Positions 53,794 through 62,411 of a stretch of 64,000 nt of DNA are shown here, piece by piece. A program made the position numbers and the translations under genes. Numbering within the stretch: the stretch's first letter is position 1; each line of letters starts with the position of its first letter. The notes under the pieces were generated by a model. The model was not told the origin of the DNA, did not search any database, and was given only the letters and a program-made list of their open reading frames with translations. Origin of the DNA: Candidatus Pacearchaeota archaeon (GTDB taxonomy: Archaea; Nanobdellota; Nanobdellia; Pacearchaeales; GW2011-AR1); the NCBI GenBank assembly GCA_018303995.1, contig JAGVXB010000033.1, positions 2,486-66,485 on the forward strand, written 5' to 3'.

Positions 53794-54027
53794 ATGGAAC
53801 AAAAACAACAAATTACTCTCGAAAGTCTCTATCATAGAATCATCTTGCTTGAAAAAGCTCTAAAATCTAAAGGGATAACTATAGAAAAAGAAGAATCCCA
53901 AATGGATGATGAAGGAGAATTAACTGATGAATTTAAAGAGAGACTAGAAAAAGCCAGAAAAACCCCTATTTCAGAATACGTTAGTCATGAAGAAGTAAAA
54001 AGAAGAATTCTTGCAAAGAAAAAATGA
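53794..54027 (+). CDS. Putative antitoxin of the RelE/ParE-type module
   Basis: 77 aa, acidic. It overlaps the toxin gene by 4 nt. Confidence 0.5.
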   Translation: MEQKQQITLESLYHRIILLEKALKSKGITIEKEESQMDDEGELTDEFKERLEKARKTPISEYVSHEEVKRRILAKKK

Positions 54028-54290
54028 GCTATCAATTGAAGTGGTCAAATTTAGCTTTAGAATCATTAGAAAAATTACCTTTCGAAATTGCAGAAAGAAT
54101 CCTTAAAAAACTCGATCAAGTAAAAGAAAATCCAAAACATTTTATTGAGGGCTTAGTTGGATTAGATTTCAAGAAAGTAAGGGTAGGAGATTACAGGGTT
54201 TTGGTTGATCTTTTAGAAAATGAAAAAATAATTGCTATTAGGGATTTAGGACATAGAAAAAACATCTATAAAAAATACAAAACGGATTAA
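54024..54290 (+). CDS. RelE/ParE-family toxin
   Basis: ESLEKLPFEIAERILKKLDQVKENP...KVRVGDYRVLVDL...IIAIRDLGHRKNIYK. Confidence 0.75.
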   Translation: MSYQLKWSNLALESLEKLPFEIAERILKKLDQVKENPKHFIEGLVGLDFKKVRVGDYRVLVDLLENEKIIAIRDLGHRKNIYKKYKTD

Positions 54291-54298
54291 ATCAAACT

Positions 54299-54325
54299 TT
54301 CAATTAACGCTTAAATCTTCCAGCA
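54299..54325. repeat. 27-nt direct repeat TTCAATTAACGCTTAAATCTTCCAGCA (copy 1)
   Basis: 26 of 27 nt are identical to 55339-55365. It starts 8 nt after the relE stop. Confidence 0.85.
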
Positions 54326-54398
54326 TAACCATAAAATTCGTTTAATCCTTCAGAAATAAGGTTGCATTCCAATACCAAAAACACTTGCTTCAGTTAGT

Positions 54399-54427
54399 GT
54401 GAGGCCGAAGGCCGAACGTGCGCCGAC
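54399..54427. repeat. GC-rich hairpin-containing element, copy B (GTGAGGCCGAAGGCCGAACGTGCGCCGAC)
   Basis: The hairpin is GGCC-GAA-GGCC. It shares the TGCGCCGAC tail with copy A. Confidence 0.6.
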
Positions 54428-54468
54428 CATCTCGAAAGTCTTAAAAACCTATTAAAATCGTCAAATTA

Positions 54469-54876
54469 ATGTCAAAACCTAGAAGACTTGGATTAGATAG
54501 TTATTTTGAAGAATGTGGTTCTTCTATACATCCTTGCGTGAATTTTCAAAGCAACAGACTTAGAACTCCAAGAGGGATAGCTTTTTTACTTATTGAGGGT
54601 TTAGCAGATTATTTAGGAGGAGGAAGTTATTACCTTTCTGAATCTTCCAGTAAATGGGATAACGTTCATGCAGAAATTTATGAAGACGATCCTAAAAGAA
54701 GAGGGCAAGCAGTTCTCGAGTTTAGAGGTCAAATAGATTTTGATAAAAATATTGTTAATCATACAATGATAGTGGGTCAAAATAATCCAAAGGGCATCAA
54801 CTCTAAAGATCTTGCCTATCTTTTAACCAAATCTCTAAAAGGTAAAAAATTATTTCCAAAAATCTCTTCAGAATAA
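54469..54876 (+). CDS. Hypothetical protein
   Basis: 135-aa ORF. No motif recognised. Confidence 0.45.
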   Translation: MSKPRRLGLDSYFEECGSSIHPCVNFQSNRLRTPRGIAFLLIEGLADYLGGGSYYLSESSSKWDNVHAEIYEDDPKRRGQAVLEFRGQIDFDKNIVNHTMIVGQNNPKGINSKDLAYLLTKSLKGKKLFPKISSE

Positions 54877-55002
54877 GCATTTTTATATTAAATCACCAAA
54901 CGTTCGTACAACCTTTATTAAGAGAACTCGGTGGTGCTTTAAAGCGAACTTATTCTCCAAAATCACAACAATCTTTAAATAATTGACAAAATCTTCATCT
55001 TT

Positions 55003-55335
55003 ATGGTATTAGATGATAAGGGTCACGGCGGCTATCACGAAATAAGAGGCAGTCCTATTTTACCAGGCATGCTTGATGCACCTACGGAGCCAACTACAGA
55101 TTACTTTATAGGGAGATTTGCAAGAGATAATAAATATCACTTACTAGGACAACGCCCCCACGGAAGATCTGATTTATTTTCAGCGGCATCAGAATCTCGT
55201 GGAGATCATGGTCTTGTAGCTTTGCCTCTAGGAAAAGAGAAATTAAGAGACTTGGTACAAGGAGATGTTTTAAGAGTAGATCCTCATACCTCTGGGGTAA
55301 ATTCCTATAAAATTGTTTATTTGGGTCATAATTAA
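55003..55335 (+). CDS. Hypothetical protein
   Basis: 110-aa ORF, Gly/His/Arg-rich. No motif recognised. Confidence 0.45.
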   Translation: MVLDDKGHGGYHEIRGSPILPGMLDAPTEPTTDYFIGRFARDNKYHLLGQRPHGRSDLFSAASESRGDHGLVALPLGKEKLRDLVQGDVLRVDPHTSGVNSYKIVYLGHN

Positions 55336-55338
55336 ACG

Positions 55339-55365
55339 TTCAATCAACGCTTAAATCTTCCAGCA
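55339..55365. repeat. 27-nt direct repeat TTCAATCAACGCTTAAATCTTCCAGCA (copy 2)
   Basis: It starts 3 nt after the stop of 55003-55335. Confidence 0.85.
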
Positions 55366-55453
55366 CGAGAGAGAAGGGCAAACGAGTTCGGTTTATTCTT
55401 GCTTGAACATTCAGGCGTAAGCTGAAACTTTCAGCATTGAGGATAAGTTCGTT

Positions 55454-56323
55454 TTATTTTGTGCTTTCTATTCTTTCCCAAATTTCTTCACGCCTTTTCT
55501 TTTTTACATTTATATCCCAGTAAATTACACTCCATAAATACAACCTTGCTATGAAAAGTTCAATTAACCATACAAAATTATTTAGATTTTTCACATATTT
55601 GAAAAGTCTCCAGAAATTAATGCTTTCCTGATTAAATGAACGTATTTTTACATTCAATAATTTTGCAATTTGGTTATATCCCCCAACACTTCTTTTTTTC
55701 TGTTTTATCCAATCTTTAAAATTTTTAGGATATGTGATATAAGCAATTGCTTTTGGTTCATAAGCAATTCTATATCCTTTTTTATAAATTAAATAAGAAA
55801 TATATCCATCCTCAGATAAAAGTTCTTCAGGTAATTTAGGCATTAATTTCTTTCTTATTGCAAATAAATACCCTGAGCAGAATAGGAATTTATTTTTTAT
55901 TGAATTTTCTTGTCTTTGTTCATGAGCAACATCTGCCAAAACGTGCCCCCAGAATCCAAATCTATTACTCTTTGAATCAATTGAAATAGGCCTTCCACTC
56001 ACTGCCCCAATTTTATCATTTTTAAAATGATATATCAGTTCTCTTACACTTTTATCGTTGATAGAAATATCTCCGTCTGTCCAAACTAATATTTCTCCTC
56101 TTGCTTTTTTTACTACGAGATTCATTGCAGCAGGTTTTCCTTTTCCAAAATCTTTAACAATCTTGACTTTTTTTGAGGCTTTTTTAGCAACATCTAATGT
56201 TTCATTATCTGGAGCTACAACAATCAACTCATCTTCTTTAGACAACTGAGGTAAAATTGCAATTACAGCCTTTCCTATAGTCTTAGGTTCTTTAAATGAA
56301 GTAATTATTACTGTGGTTTTCAT
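55454..56323 (-). CDS. Family 2 glycosyltransferase
   Basis: TVIITSFKEP...VVAPDNET...LVWTDGDISI is a GT-A DxD-type layout. Confidence 0.78.
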   Translation of the reverse strand: MKTTVIITSFKEPKTIGKAVIAILPQLSKEDELIVVAPDNETLDVAKKASKKVKIVKDFGKGKPAAMNLVVKKARGEILVWTDGDISINDKSVRELIYHFKNDKIGAVSGRPISIDSKSNRFGFWGHVLADVAHEQRQENSIKNKFLFCSGYLFAIRKKLMPKLPEELLSEDGYISYLIYKKGYRIAYEPKAIAYITYPKNFKDWIKQKKRSVGGYNQIAKLLNVKIRSFNQESINFWRLFKYVKNLNNFVWLIELFIARLYLWSVIYWDINVKKKRREEIWERIESTK

Positions 56324-56433
56324 GAAGATAAATATAAATGCTCCTTTTTATTACTATAGTATTCTAAAAACAGTTACCCCTTTTAAGAAAGGACAATGCA
56401 AATATTTAAATAGTCTATATTTTAATAAAACTC

Positions 56434-56817
56434 ATGGGTAAAAAATCAGATCTTTTAGCAGACGGAATGGCGATAGGAATGGGATTAGTTGCTTCTACTC
56501 TCTTAACTGCAGTTGTATATATGGGCACATTTGGGGCATATTTTAATCGCAAAATTTTAGAAGGCAACGTAGAAAAAGAATTGAGAGACGGCCCTAATTA
56601 CACTCTTTTAATAAAGGAATCTGAAACTGGAAAATCATACGGCATAAATATAAGAGATTATTCAGAGAAACCACTTAGTGCTCTAGAAGCTCTTATTGAA
56701 CCAAATGATCAAGTCAGGATTACCTTTTGCAATGATTTCTTTGACCAAGCTTATTTAGGTAAAGATGGAGTAGGTACTGCTCCAACTAGAGCTGTAACTG
56801 TTGTGAAAAAGCAATAA
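56434..56817 (+). CDS. N-terminally anchored hypothetical protein
   Basis: 127 aa with a hydrophobic N-terminal segment. Confidence 0.4.
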   Translation: MGKKSDLLADGMAIGMGLVASTLLTAVVYMGTFGAYFNRKILEGNVEKELRDGPNYTLLIKESETGKSYGINIRDYSEKPLSALEALIEPNDQVRITFCNDFFDQAYLGKDGVGTAPTRAVTVVKKQ

Positions 56818-56824
56818 ATCTCCT

Positions 56825-57991
56825 CTAAATCTTATTATTCAACAAATTATCTAAAGGATTTGAGATTTTTCTCTCTAATATTAATTTTTGAATTTTATTA
56901 ATGCATTCCTCAGGAGTCTTTTTTATTTCAGACTCAAAAAATCTGAGCACCACCCAACCCTTATTCTTTAGATATTTATCTTTAAATTTGTCTGTTTGAA
57001 TCTTTTTCTTTTGCGTATTATTCAAATTGTTTGAATCATATATCTTAGGATTAGCATGCCAATAATCTCCATCACATTCTATAGCAATTTTATGAGTGGG
57101 GATAACAAAATCACATACAAATTTATCCTCAATTGAATATTGGGCAACAAACTTAATTTCCTTATTAATCATTAAACTAGCCATTATTCTCTCTATTTCA
57201 GTATCTTTAAATGGCATTTCACGATTTACTAATCTTCTTATTATTGATTTTCTACTAGCTATAGACATCTCATTTTTTCTAATTTTCGCTTTATCAATTC
57301 CATAAACTTCTTCCCATTTTTTACCATACATGGAATGTTCTTTTCCTTTAAGACTTGCTATATTCTCAAAATTTGGTCTTTTTTTGATATCCAATTTATT
57401 CATCAATTTTATAATAATCAATCGATCAATTCTTAATTTTTTAGCTATCTTTTCTTGTGTTAACTTTTCTTCCCAATATAGGTAAGTTATAATTTCTTTT
57501 AGTTGTTTTCCATATTTTATTTCTATTTCTCTAAATTTATTTTCTCTTTTTCTTCTATAAGCCTCTTTAACTTTCTCTGCCATCAAATTTAGTCTCTCAT
57601 CTTTTTCTTTAGTCAGTCCTTTTTGCCAAGGCTCATATTTGGTAGCTCTAATTTTATTTGCTTCAGATCTTTCGCGTCTACGAATGTTAAATTTATTAAA
57701 GTAATGTTCTATAGTCGTCTTACCAACTTTTAGAATATTTGATATTTCTCTCATAGATTTGTTTTCTTTAAAATAAAAATTTTCTAATAGTTCTTTATTT
57801 ATTTCTTTATCATTTTTCTTTCTAGATATGCAATAAAAATCATATTTTTTCTTAAGTTTTAATTTTAATGCCATATATGCAACCCCTCCATTGCCTCGAT
57901 TTAGAGATTTTGCGATTTCGTTGTTTAGCTTATTAGAATAATTGTCTTTAATAAAGTTAATCTCTTGTTGCGTCCATTTTCTCATCAACAA
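56825..57991 (-). CDS. PD-(D/E)xK (Vsr/DUF559-like) endonuclease-domain protein with repeated N-terminal HTH modules
   Basis: The C-terminus is FVCDFVIPTHKIAIECDGDYWHANP...GWVVLRFFESEI. The N-terminal half has at least two similar HTH modules (SMREISNILKVGKTTIEHYFNKFNIRRR; TQEKIAKKLRIDRLIIIKLMNKLDIKKR) and a NUMOD3-like GKEHSMYGKKW. Confidence 0.6.
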   Translation of the reverse strand: MLMRKWTQQEINFIKDNYSNKLNNEIAKSLNRGNGGVAYMALKLKLKKKYDFYCISRKKNDKEINKELLENFYFKENKSMREISNILKVGKTTIEHYFNKFNIRRRERSEANKIRATKYEPWQKGLTKEKDERLNLMAEKVKEAYRRKRENKFREIEIKYGKQLKEIITYLYWEEKLTQEKIAKKLRIDRLIIIKLMNKLDIKKRPNFENIASLKGKEHSMYGKKWEEVYGIDKAKIRKNEMSIASRKSIIRRLVNREMPFKDTEIERIMASLMINKEIKFVAQYSIEDKFVCDFVIPTHKIAIECDGDYWHANPKIYDSNNLNNTQKKKIQTDKFKDKYLKNKGWVVLRFFESEIKKTPEECINKIQKLILERKISNPLDNLLNNKI

Positions 57992-58018
57992 CTATTAGGA
58001 CACCTTATATATAAATTT

Positions 58019-58834
58019 TTACTTAAGATTATCCAAAGGATTAGAAATCTTCTTCAATTCTTCGCCTGAGATGTGAGTATACAATTCTGTCGTCGCAATC
58101 GATGCATGCCCAAGCAAAGTCTGAATTTTTCTTAGGTCAACACCTGCTTCAAGTAAGTGCGTCGCAAAACTATGCCTGAGGGTATGTGGTGTTACTTTCT
58201 TCTGTATATCTGCTCTTTGTCTTAGACTTTTCACTATTTTTTGAATATTTCTAGTAGTTAAAGGCTCATCTTGAGAGAACAAATATTTTGAGTTTTCTTT
58301 TCTTTTCAAATATTCTTTTAATTCGCCGGCAAGATTTGAAGAGAGCATAAACATTCTGTCCTTTGAACCTTTTCCTTCTCTCACCCACCCAGTATTTTCA
58401 GAAAAATTGATATCAGAAGGCTTAATATTAACAAGCTCAGAAACTCTCAAACCAGAAGAATAAAGCAAAGATAAAATTAATCTAGACTTTCTAGTTTCAG
58501 CAGAATTAATTAATCTGGAAACTTCTTCCTTTGTTAAAACTTCTGGAAGTTTCCTGTCTTTCTTAGGAACTCTTATTTCCCCAACTTCCTTCTTTAATAT
58601 TTCTGTAAAAAAGAATTTTAACGAAGCTGCAGCAAGCATTACAGTATTTTTAGATTTAGTATCAAACATAGAGGCCAAGTATGTGCGCACATCTTCCTGA
58701 TTGACTTCATCAACCGATTTATTTGTTGCTTTTAAAAATTTATCCACAAAAAAAAAGTAATTTCTCACAGTCAATGGAGAAAACCCTCTTAACTTCAATT
58801 CAGTCTGTAATTTGCCTAAAGCGTCAATCACCAT
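58019..58834 (-). CDS. xerA: Tyrosine recombinase XerA-like
   Basis: The N-terminal SAM-like domain (LRGFSPLTVRNY) is followed by the catalytic HTLRHSFATHLLEAGVDLRKIQTLLGHASIATTELYTH. Confidence 0.88.
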   Translation of the reverse strand: MVIDALGKLQTELKLRGFSPLTVRNYFFFVDKFLKATNKSVDEVNQEDVRTYLASMFDTKSKNTVMLAAASLKFFFTEILKKEVGEIRVPKKDRKLPEVLTKEEVSRLINSAETRKSRLILSLLYSSGLRVSELVNIKPSDINFSENTGWVREGKGSKDRMFMLSSNLAGELKEYLKRKENSKYLFSQDEPLTTRNIQKIVKSLRQRADIQKKVTPHTLRHSFATHLLEAGVDLRKIQTLLGHASIATTELYTHISGEELKKISNPLDNLK

Positions 58835-58881
58835 CTTAAAAGTAAAACAGTACTTCTCTTTAAAAGGTTTTGTAACTTAAA

Positions 58882-59412
58882 TTATTTAAGGTTAAATCTA
58901 TGAAAAACCTTAGGGTTATGTTGCCCTTCAGAAGTATCCCAAACAACCAGCTGAATCTCTTTAACAATAAATTTTCCAAATATTTTATTAATATTTATCG
59001 CCTCATCATATGGTTTTGATAAAGCAACGAGAGACGCATGAGGAATATAATTTTCATCTTCAAATTTTTTATTAATGCTAGGCAATCCAATTGTACAAAG
59101 TTTTTTATGTAGTTTTATTAATTCAGGAGAATCTATTTTGGCATAAAAAACGTTCGGAAATTTGCCAACCCCTTTAATAACAACTTCAAAATTTCTTTGG
59201 TTAACTATTATTTTAGAGATTTTATTAATAATTAATTCGATTTCTTGTTCAGAAGGCAAGGTATCTCTAAGCTCAATAGCTTTAACGGTGCAATGGAAAA
59301 ATCCTTCTTTTCTCCAATCATAAACAAACTTTTCAGGTATCTCAATTTTCTTAACGACTTCAACAATATTCTTAGGAACGAAGAAGTTAATCGTAATTGA
59401 GTATTTGGGCAT
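58882..59412 (-). CDS. 2H phosphoesterase superfamily protein (LigT-like paralog)
   Basis: The two H-x-[TS] motifs are FFHCTVKA and IPHASLVA. Confidence 0.5.
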   Translation of the reverse strand: MPKYSITINFFVPKNIVEVVKKIEIPEKFVYDWRKEGFFHCTVKAIELRDTLPSEQEIELIINKISKIIVNQRNFEVVIKGVGKFPNVFYAKIDSPELIKLHKKLCTIGLPSINKKFEDENYIPHASLVALSKPYDEAININKIFGKFIVKEIQLVVWDTSEGQHNPKVFHRFNLK

Positions 59413-59459
59413 CCCTAAATGAAATTTAATAGATATAAATAAGTTTACAACTGCCAGAA

Positions 59460-59768
59460 TTATTCAAACTTACTCATATTCTTCGCTAGCTTTGTAAATG
59501 GAAAAGGCCTTACATTAGTTACAAATGTCATATATTTTTGAAACAGATACCATTGAGTATTCCATATCTCACTCAATTCAGCAAGTTCCTTCAAACGTTT
59601 AGCTGTGAACAGAGAATATACAAAGTTAATGACTATAAATACTCCAATTAAATATCTCCATAACGCTAAGATAATTCCTGTAACTATACATACAACAATC
59701 CTCATCAATGTTTCTTTTCTTTGACTAAAGTTCTTAACATGTTTATCTTTTGATTTTACCATATCCAT
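59460..59768 (-). CDS. Small 2-TM membrane protein (DUF4389-like, tentative)
   Basis: RIVVCIVTGIILALWRYLIGVFIVINFVYSLFT...VRPFPF. Confidence 0.35.
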   Translation of the reverse strand: MDMVKSKDKHVKNFSQRKETLMRIVVCIVTGIILALWRYLIGVFIVINFVYSLFTAKRLKELAELSEIWNTQWYLFQKYMTFVTNVRPFPFTKLAKNMSKFE

Positions 59769-59769
59769 G

Positions 59770-60387
59770 TTACTTAGAAAACTTACTTTTTAAAGAATTG
59801 CTATCTTTAGAATCCTCTCGTCTTTTCAGCATTAACCATCCGAGATACATCATCATTCCGGTTTGATAAATGAGAACTGTAGATATCATCGTTGAAGTAG
59901 CTGAAATACTTTTCAAAGATCCAGAGATAGTAGCATATCCTCCACCGTCAGCCCGTAATACAATATCTGAATATTGCTCTTCAATCCTCACTACATCTTT
60001 ATTATCTCCAAATAATCCAGTCAGAGTAATAATTGCAACGATAATCAACAACATCCCCACTACTACTGCCAGTCCTATCTCTATGATTTTCATTTTTTTA
60101 TTATTCCTAAAAGAGAATAATGCAAATGCAGAAACCATTATTATTATTCCAACCATCGACCCTACAAGCGTAGAATAAATGCCTACTCCCGGATCAAAAT
60201 CAAAGTTTCTATGCATTCCAAAAAATTGGCTTGTTGAAATTATTGCTGCGAAGAAATAGGCTAAAGTGCATAAAAATAACCATAAGACTCCTCCTCTTGT
60301 ATTTTTGAACCCCCAATCTTTCAATATGACTAAAACTCCAATTCCAAAAATCAGTCCTGGAAAAATAAAGCTTCCAAACACCACCAT
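59770..60387 (-). CDS. Polytopic membrane protein
   Basis: 205 aa with 5-6 TM segments. Confidence 0.45.
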   Translation of the reverse strand: MVVFGSFIFPGLIFGIGVLVILKDWGFKNTRGGVLWLFLCTLAYFFAAIISTSQFFGMHRNFDFDPGVGIYSTLVGSMVGIIIMVSAFALFSFRNNKKMKIIEIGLAVVVGMLLIIVAIITLTGLFGDNKDVVRIEEQYSDIVLRADGGGYATISGSLKSISATSTMISTVLIYQTGMMMYLGWLMLKRREDSKDSNSLKSKFSK

Positions 60388-60498
60388 AGAGATTAATCCA
60401 ACAAAAACAGATATTATAGAGATAAATAACCCTCAAAGAAATAATTTCCAAAGATTATCTATCTTCATACTACTAAAGGCACTAAGAGGTTTAATAAT

Positions 60499-60918
60499 CT
60501 AACGATAAGACTTCTGTCTCTTTGCACGAGCTTTCGAGTCTCCAGGTTTACGTTGTTCCTTACGACGAATGTCAGCAACAAGCATATGCCTGTCATACTT
60601 CAAGTAAGCTTCTTTCAATTCAGGTCTTTTTGCTAATGCAACCAAGGCTCTAGCAATAGCTAGTCTGGCTGCCTGAATTTGAGATTCTTTTCCCCCACCA
60701 TTCACCTGAATATAAAAGTCGTAATTTGGTTTTCCAACAACTTCTTCATAAATTCTTATTGGCTCTAGTAATGCCAATCTGTGAAACATCTTTAAATTTT
60801 GGAGCAATACTTTATTATAACTCACTAATCCATTTCCTTCAAGCACTCTTATTTTTGCCACAGATGTCTTTCGTTTCCCAGATGCTCTTATTTTAGTGGC
60901 TAATTTATCATTCATCAT
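60499..60918 (-). CDS. rps9: 30S ribosomal protein S9
   Basis: GGGKESQIQAARLAIARAL...RRKEQRKPG...RAKRQKSYR. Confidence 0.92.
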   Translation of the reverse strand: MMNDKLATKIRASGKRKTSVAKIRVLEGNGLVSYNKVLLQNLKMFHRLALLEPIRIYEEVVGKPNYDFYIQVNGGGKESQIQAARLAIARALVALAKRPELKEAYLKYDRHMLVADIRRKEQRKPGDSKARAKRQKSYR

Positions 60919-61322
60919 CTTAACTCCTCACTAACTTCAGCAAGACTCATTGTTTTCATTCCCTTTGCATGGAACATTTGCTCTTTTTTAGATTCTACAA
61001 ATTCTTTAGGTAAGCCTTCATAACATTTAATTTTCTTTAGTGCAGCGGCTCCACGTCCTTCTTTATAAGAAAGCATTCCTCTGATTGTCCTTTTCATAAT
61101 CCTTGCAGACTGAGTAGGGAAATAAGGTCCCTTTTGGGAAGAACCTCCTTTAGCACGCACTTCTTTATAATTTTCAAGAATGATTTTTCTATTCCCGGAT
61201 ATTACTAACTTTTCACAATTAACTACTGCAACTTCTTTTCCGAGCAATGCTTGTTTAGCTGCATAGCTTGCAAGGCGTCCAAGAATCGCGTTTGTCCCGT
61301 CTAAAACTAAAAGAGTACTCAT
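60915..61322 (-). CDS. rpl13: 50S ribosomal protein L13
   Basis: LVLDGTNAILGRLASYAAKQALLGKEVAVVNCEKLVISG. Confidence 0.92.
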   Translation of the reverse strand: MSTLLVLDGTNAILGRLASYAAKQALLGKEVAVVNCEKLVISGNRKIILENYKEVRAKGGSSQKGPYFPTQSARIMKRTIRGMLSYKEGRGAAALKKIKCYEGLPKEFVESKKEQMFHAKGMKTMSLAEVSEELR

Positions 61323-61687
61323 CTTAATAATTTTACTCCTTCAGCATTTGGATTTTTCTTAATTTCATCAATAATTTTAACTATCTCACCCCTATTATGT
61401 TTTATTTTATTTGCGGCAGAAGTTGAAAAATAAAGGGCGCATACTTTTAACTTTTTTGTTAAATTTCCTTCACCCAATACTTTTCCAGGAACAATCAAAA
61501 CATCTCCATTAGAGGATTCTTTTTCAATTCTATCAATATTTACTGCAGAATATTTTCTCCTCGGTCCTGAAATTATTTGTGCAACTTTTTGCCATTTCTC
61601 AGAATTCTTTGCTAAAAATAAAGTATCCACTATATAACCGTCCTTTTTTCTAGGAATTCTTTTATTAATCGATGTTTTACTTATCAT
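61319..61687 (-). CDS. rpl18e: 50S ribosomal protein L18e
   Basis: ISGPRRKYSAVNIDRI...VLIVPGKVLGEGNL...FSTSAANKI. Confidence 0.85.
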   Translation of the reverse strand: MISKTSINKRIPRKKDGYIVDTLFLAKNSEKWQKVAQIISGPRRKYSAVNIDRIEKESSNGDVLIVPGKVLGEGNLTKKLKVCALYFSTSAANKIKHNRGEIVKIIDEIKKNPNAEGVKLLR

Positions 61688-61688
61688 T

Positions 61689-62402
61689 TTACTTTAAAGA
61701 TTCTTCAAAAGCCTCAATATTCTTCTGAAGAGTTTCAATTGCTTTAGAAAATATTTTTTCAGAGTCTAGCATTCCAAATGATTCTACAAACAATAAAAAT
61801 TCAGAGCTATCAGAAATGGACTCTTTATCCAAAGTCTTTATTTCATCAGTCTGAGCGTCATTAAGATCACATACCCATTTATTCCCTTTTTTCTCAGGTT
61901 TTATTACTCCGAATGAGTTTTGAACAATAGAATCAATTTTAACATTACCTGATTTAACTTCAAATAAATGTCTATAATAAATTAATCCTGGAACGTGTTT
62001 TGTATGTTGCAAACCGGTTCCAACAAGAGCAGTAGCTACAATTTCAATCTCTTGATCTTTTTCAAGGATTGTCAATGGAATATTATCGTAGACTATTTTC
62101 AAGTCTCCTTTAAAGTCCCCTGAATAGACTGTTCCAGGACCAGTTTTCTTTAACGAAAGAGTTCCACTAGATTTGCTAGTTATCTTGCCATCATTCTTTA
62201 AAGGAATTAAACCTATTCTATGAGCAAGAACTTCATCATATAATGCAGAATCGTTCTTAAATATTTCAACATCTTCAATTGCTAAAGTGGGAATTTCTTC
62301 GACACTTCTGCGAACAGCATTAAGTAAAGAATAATTCAAATCAGTTCTAATAACTAATTTTTCAGGTGTTTTAATTATGACTTCCATAGTGTTTATGTGC
62401 AA
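61689..62402 (-). CDS. rpoD: DNA-directed RNA polymerase subunit D (Rpo3)
   Basis: LLNAVRRSVEEIPTLAIEDVEIFKNDSALYDEVLAHRIGLIPL. It is also in the conserved operon position. The likely start is MEVIIKT. Confidence 0.88.
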   Translation of the reverse strand: MHINTMEVIIKTPEKLVIRTDLNYSLLNAVRRSVEEIPTLAIEDVEIFKNDSALYDEVLAHRIGLIPLKNDGKITSKSSGTLSLKKTGPGTVYSGDFKGDLKIVYDNIPLTILEKDQEIEIVATALVGTGLQHTKHVPGLIYYRHLFEVKSGNVKIDSIVQNSFGVIKPEKKGNKWVCDLNDAQTDEIKTLDKESISDSSEFLLFVESFGMLDSEKIFSKAIETLQKNIEAFEESLK

Positions 62403-62411
62403 AAAAGGGTT

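Noticed and set aside
58019-58834. Tyrosine recombinase as proof of an integrated provirus or plasmid.
   Set aside because: Its size and sequence fit housekeeping archaeal XerA (chromosome dimer resolution). By itself it does not demonstrate a mobile element. I use it only as context.
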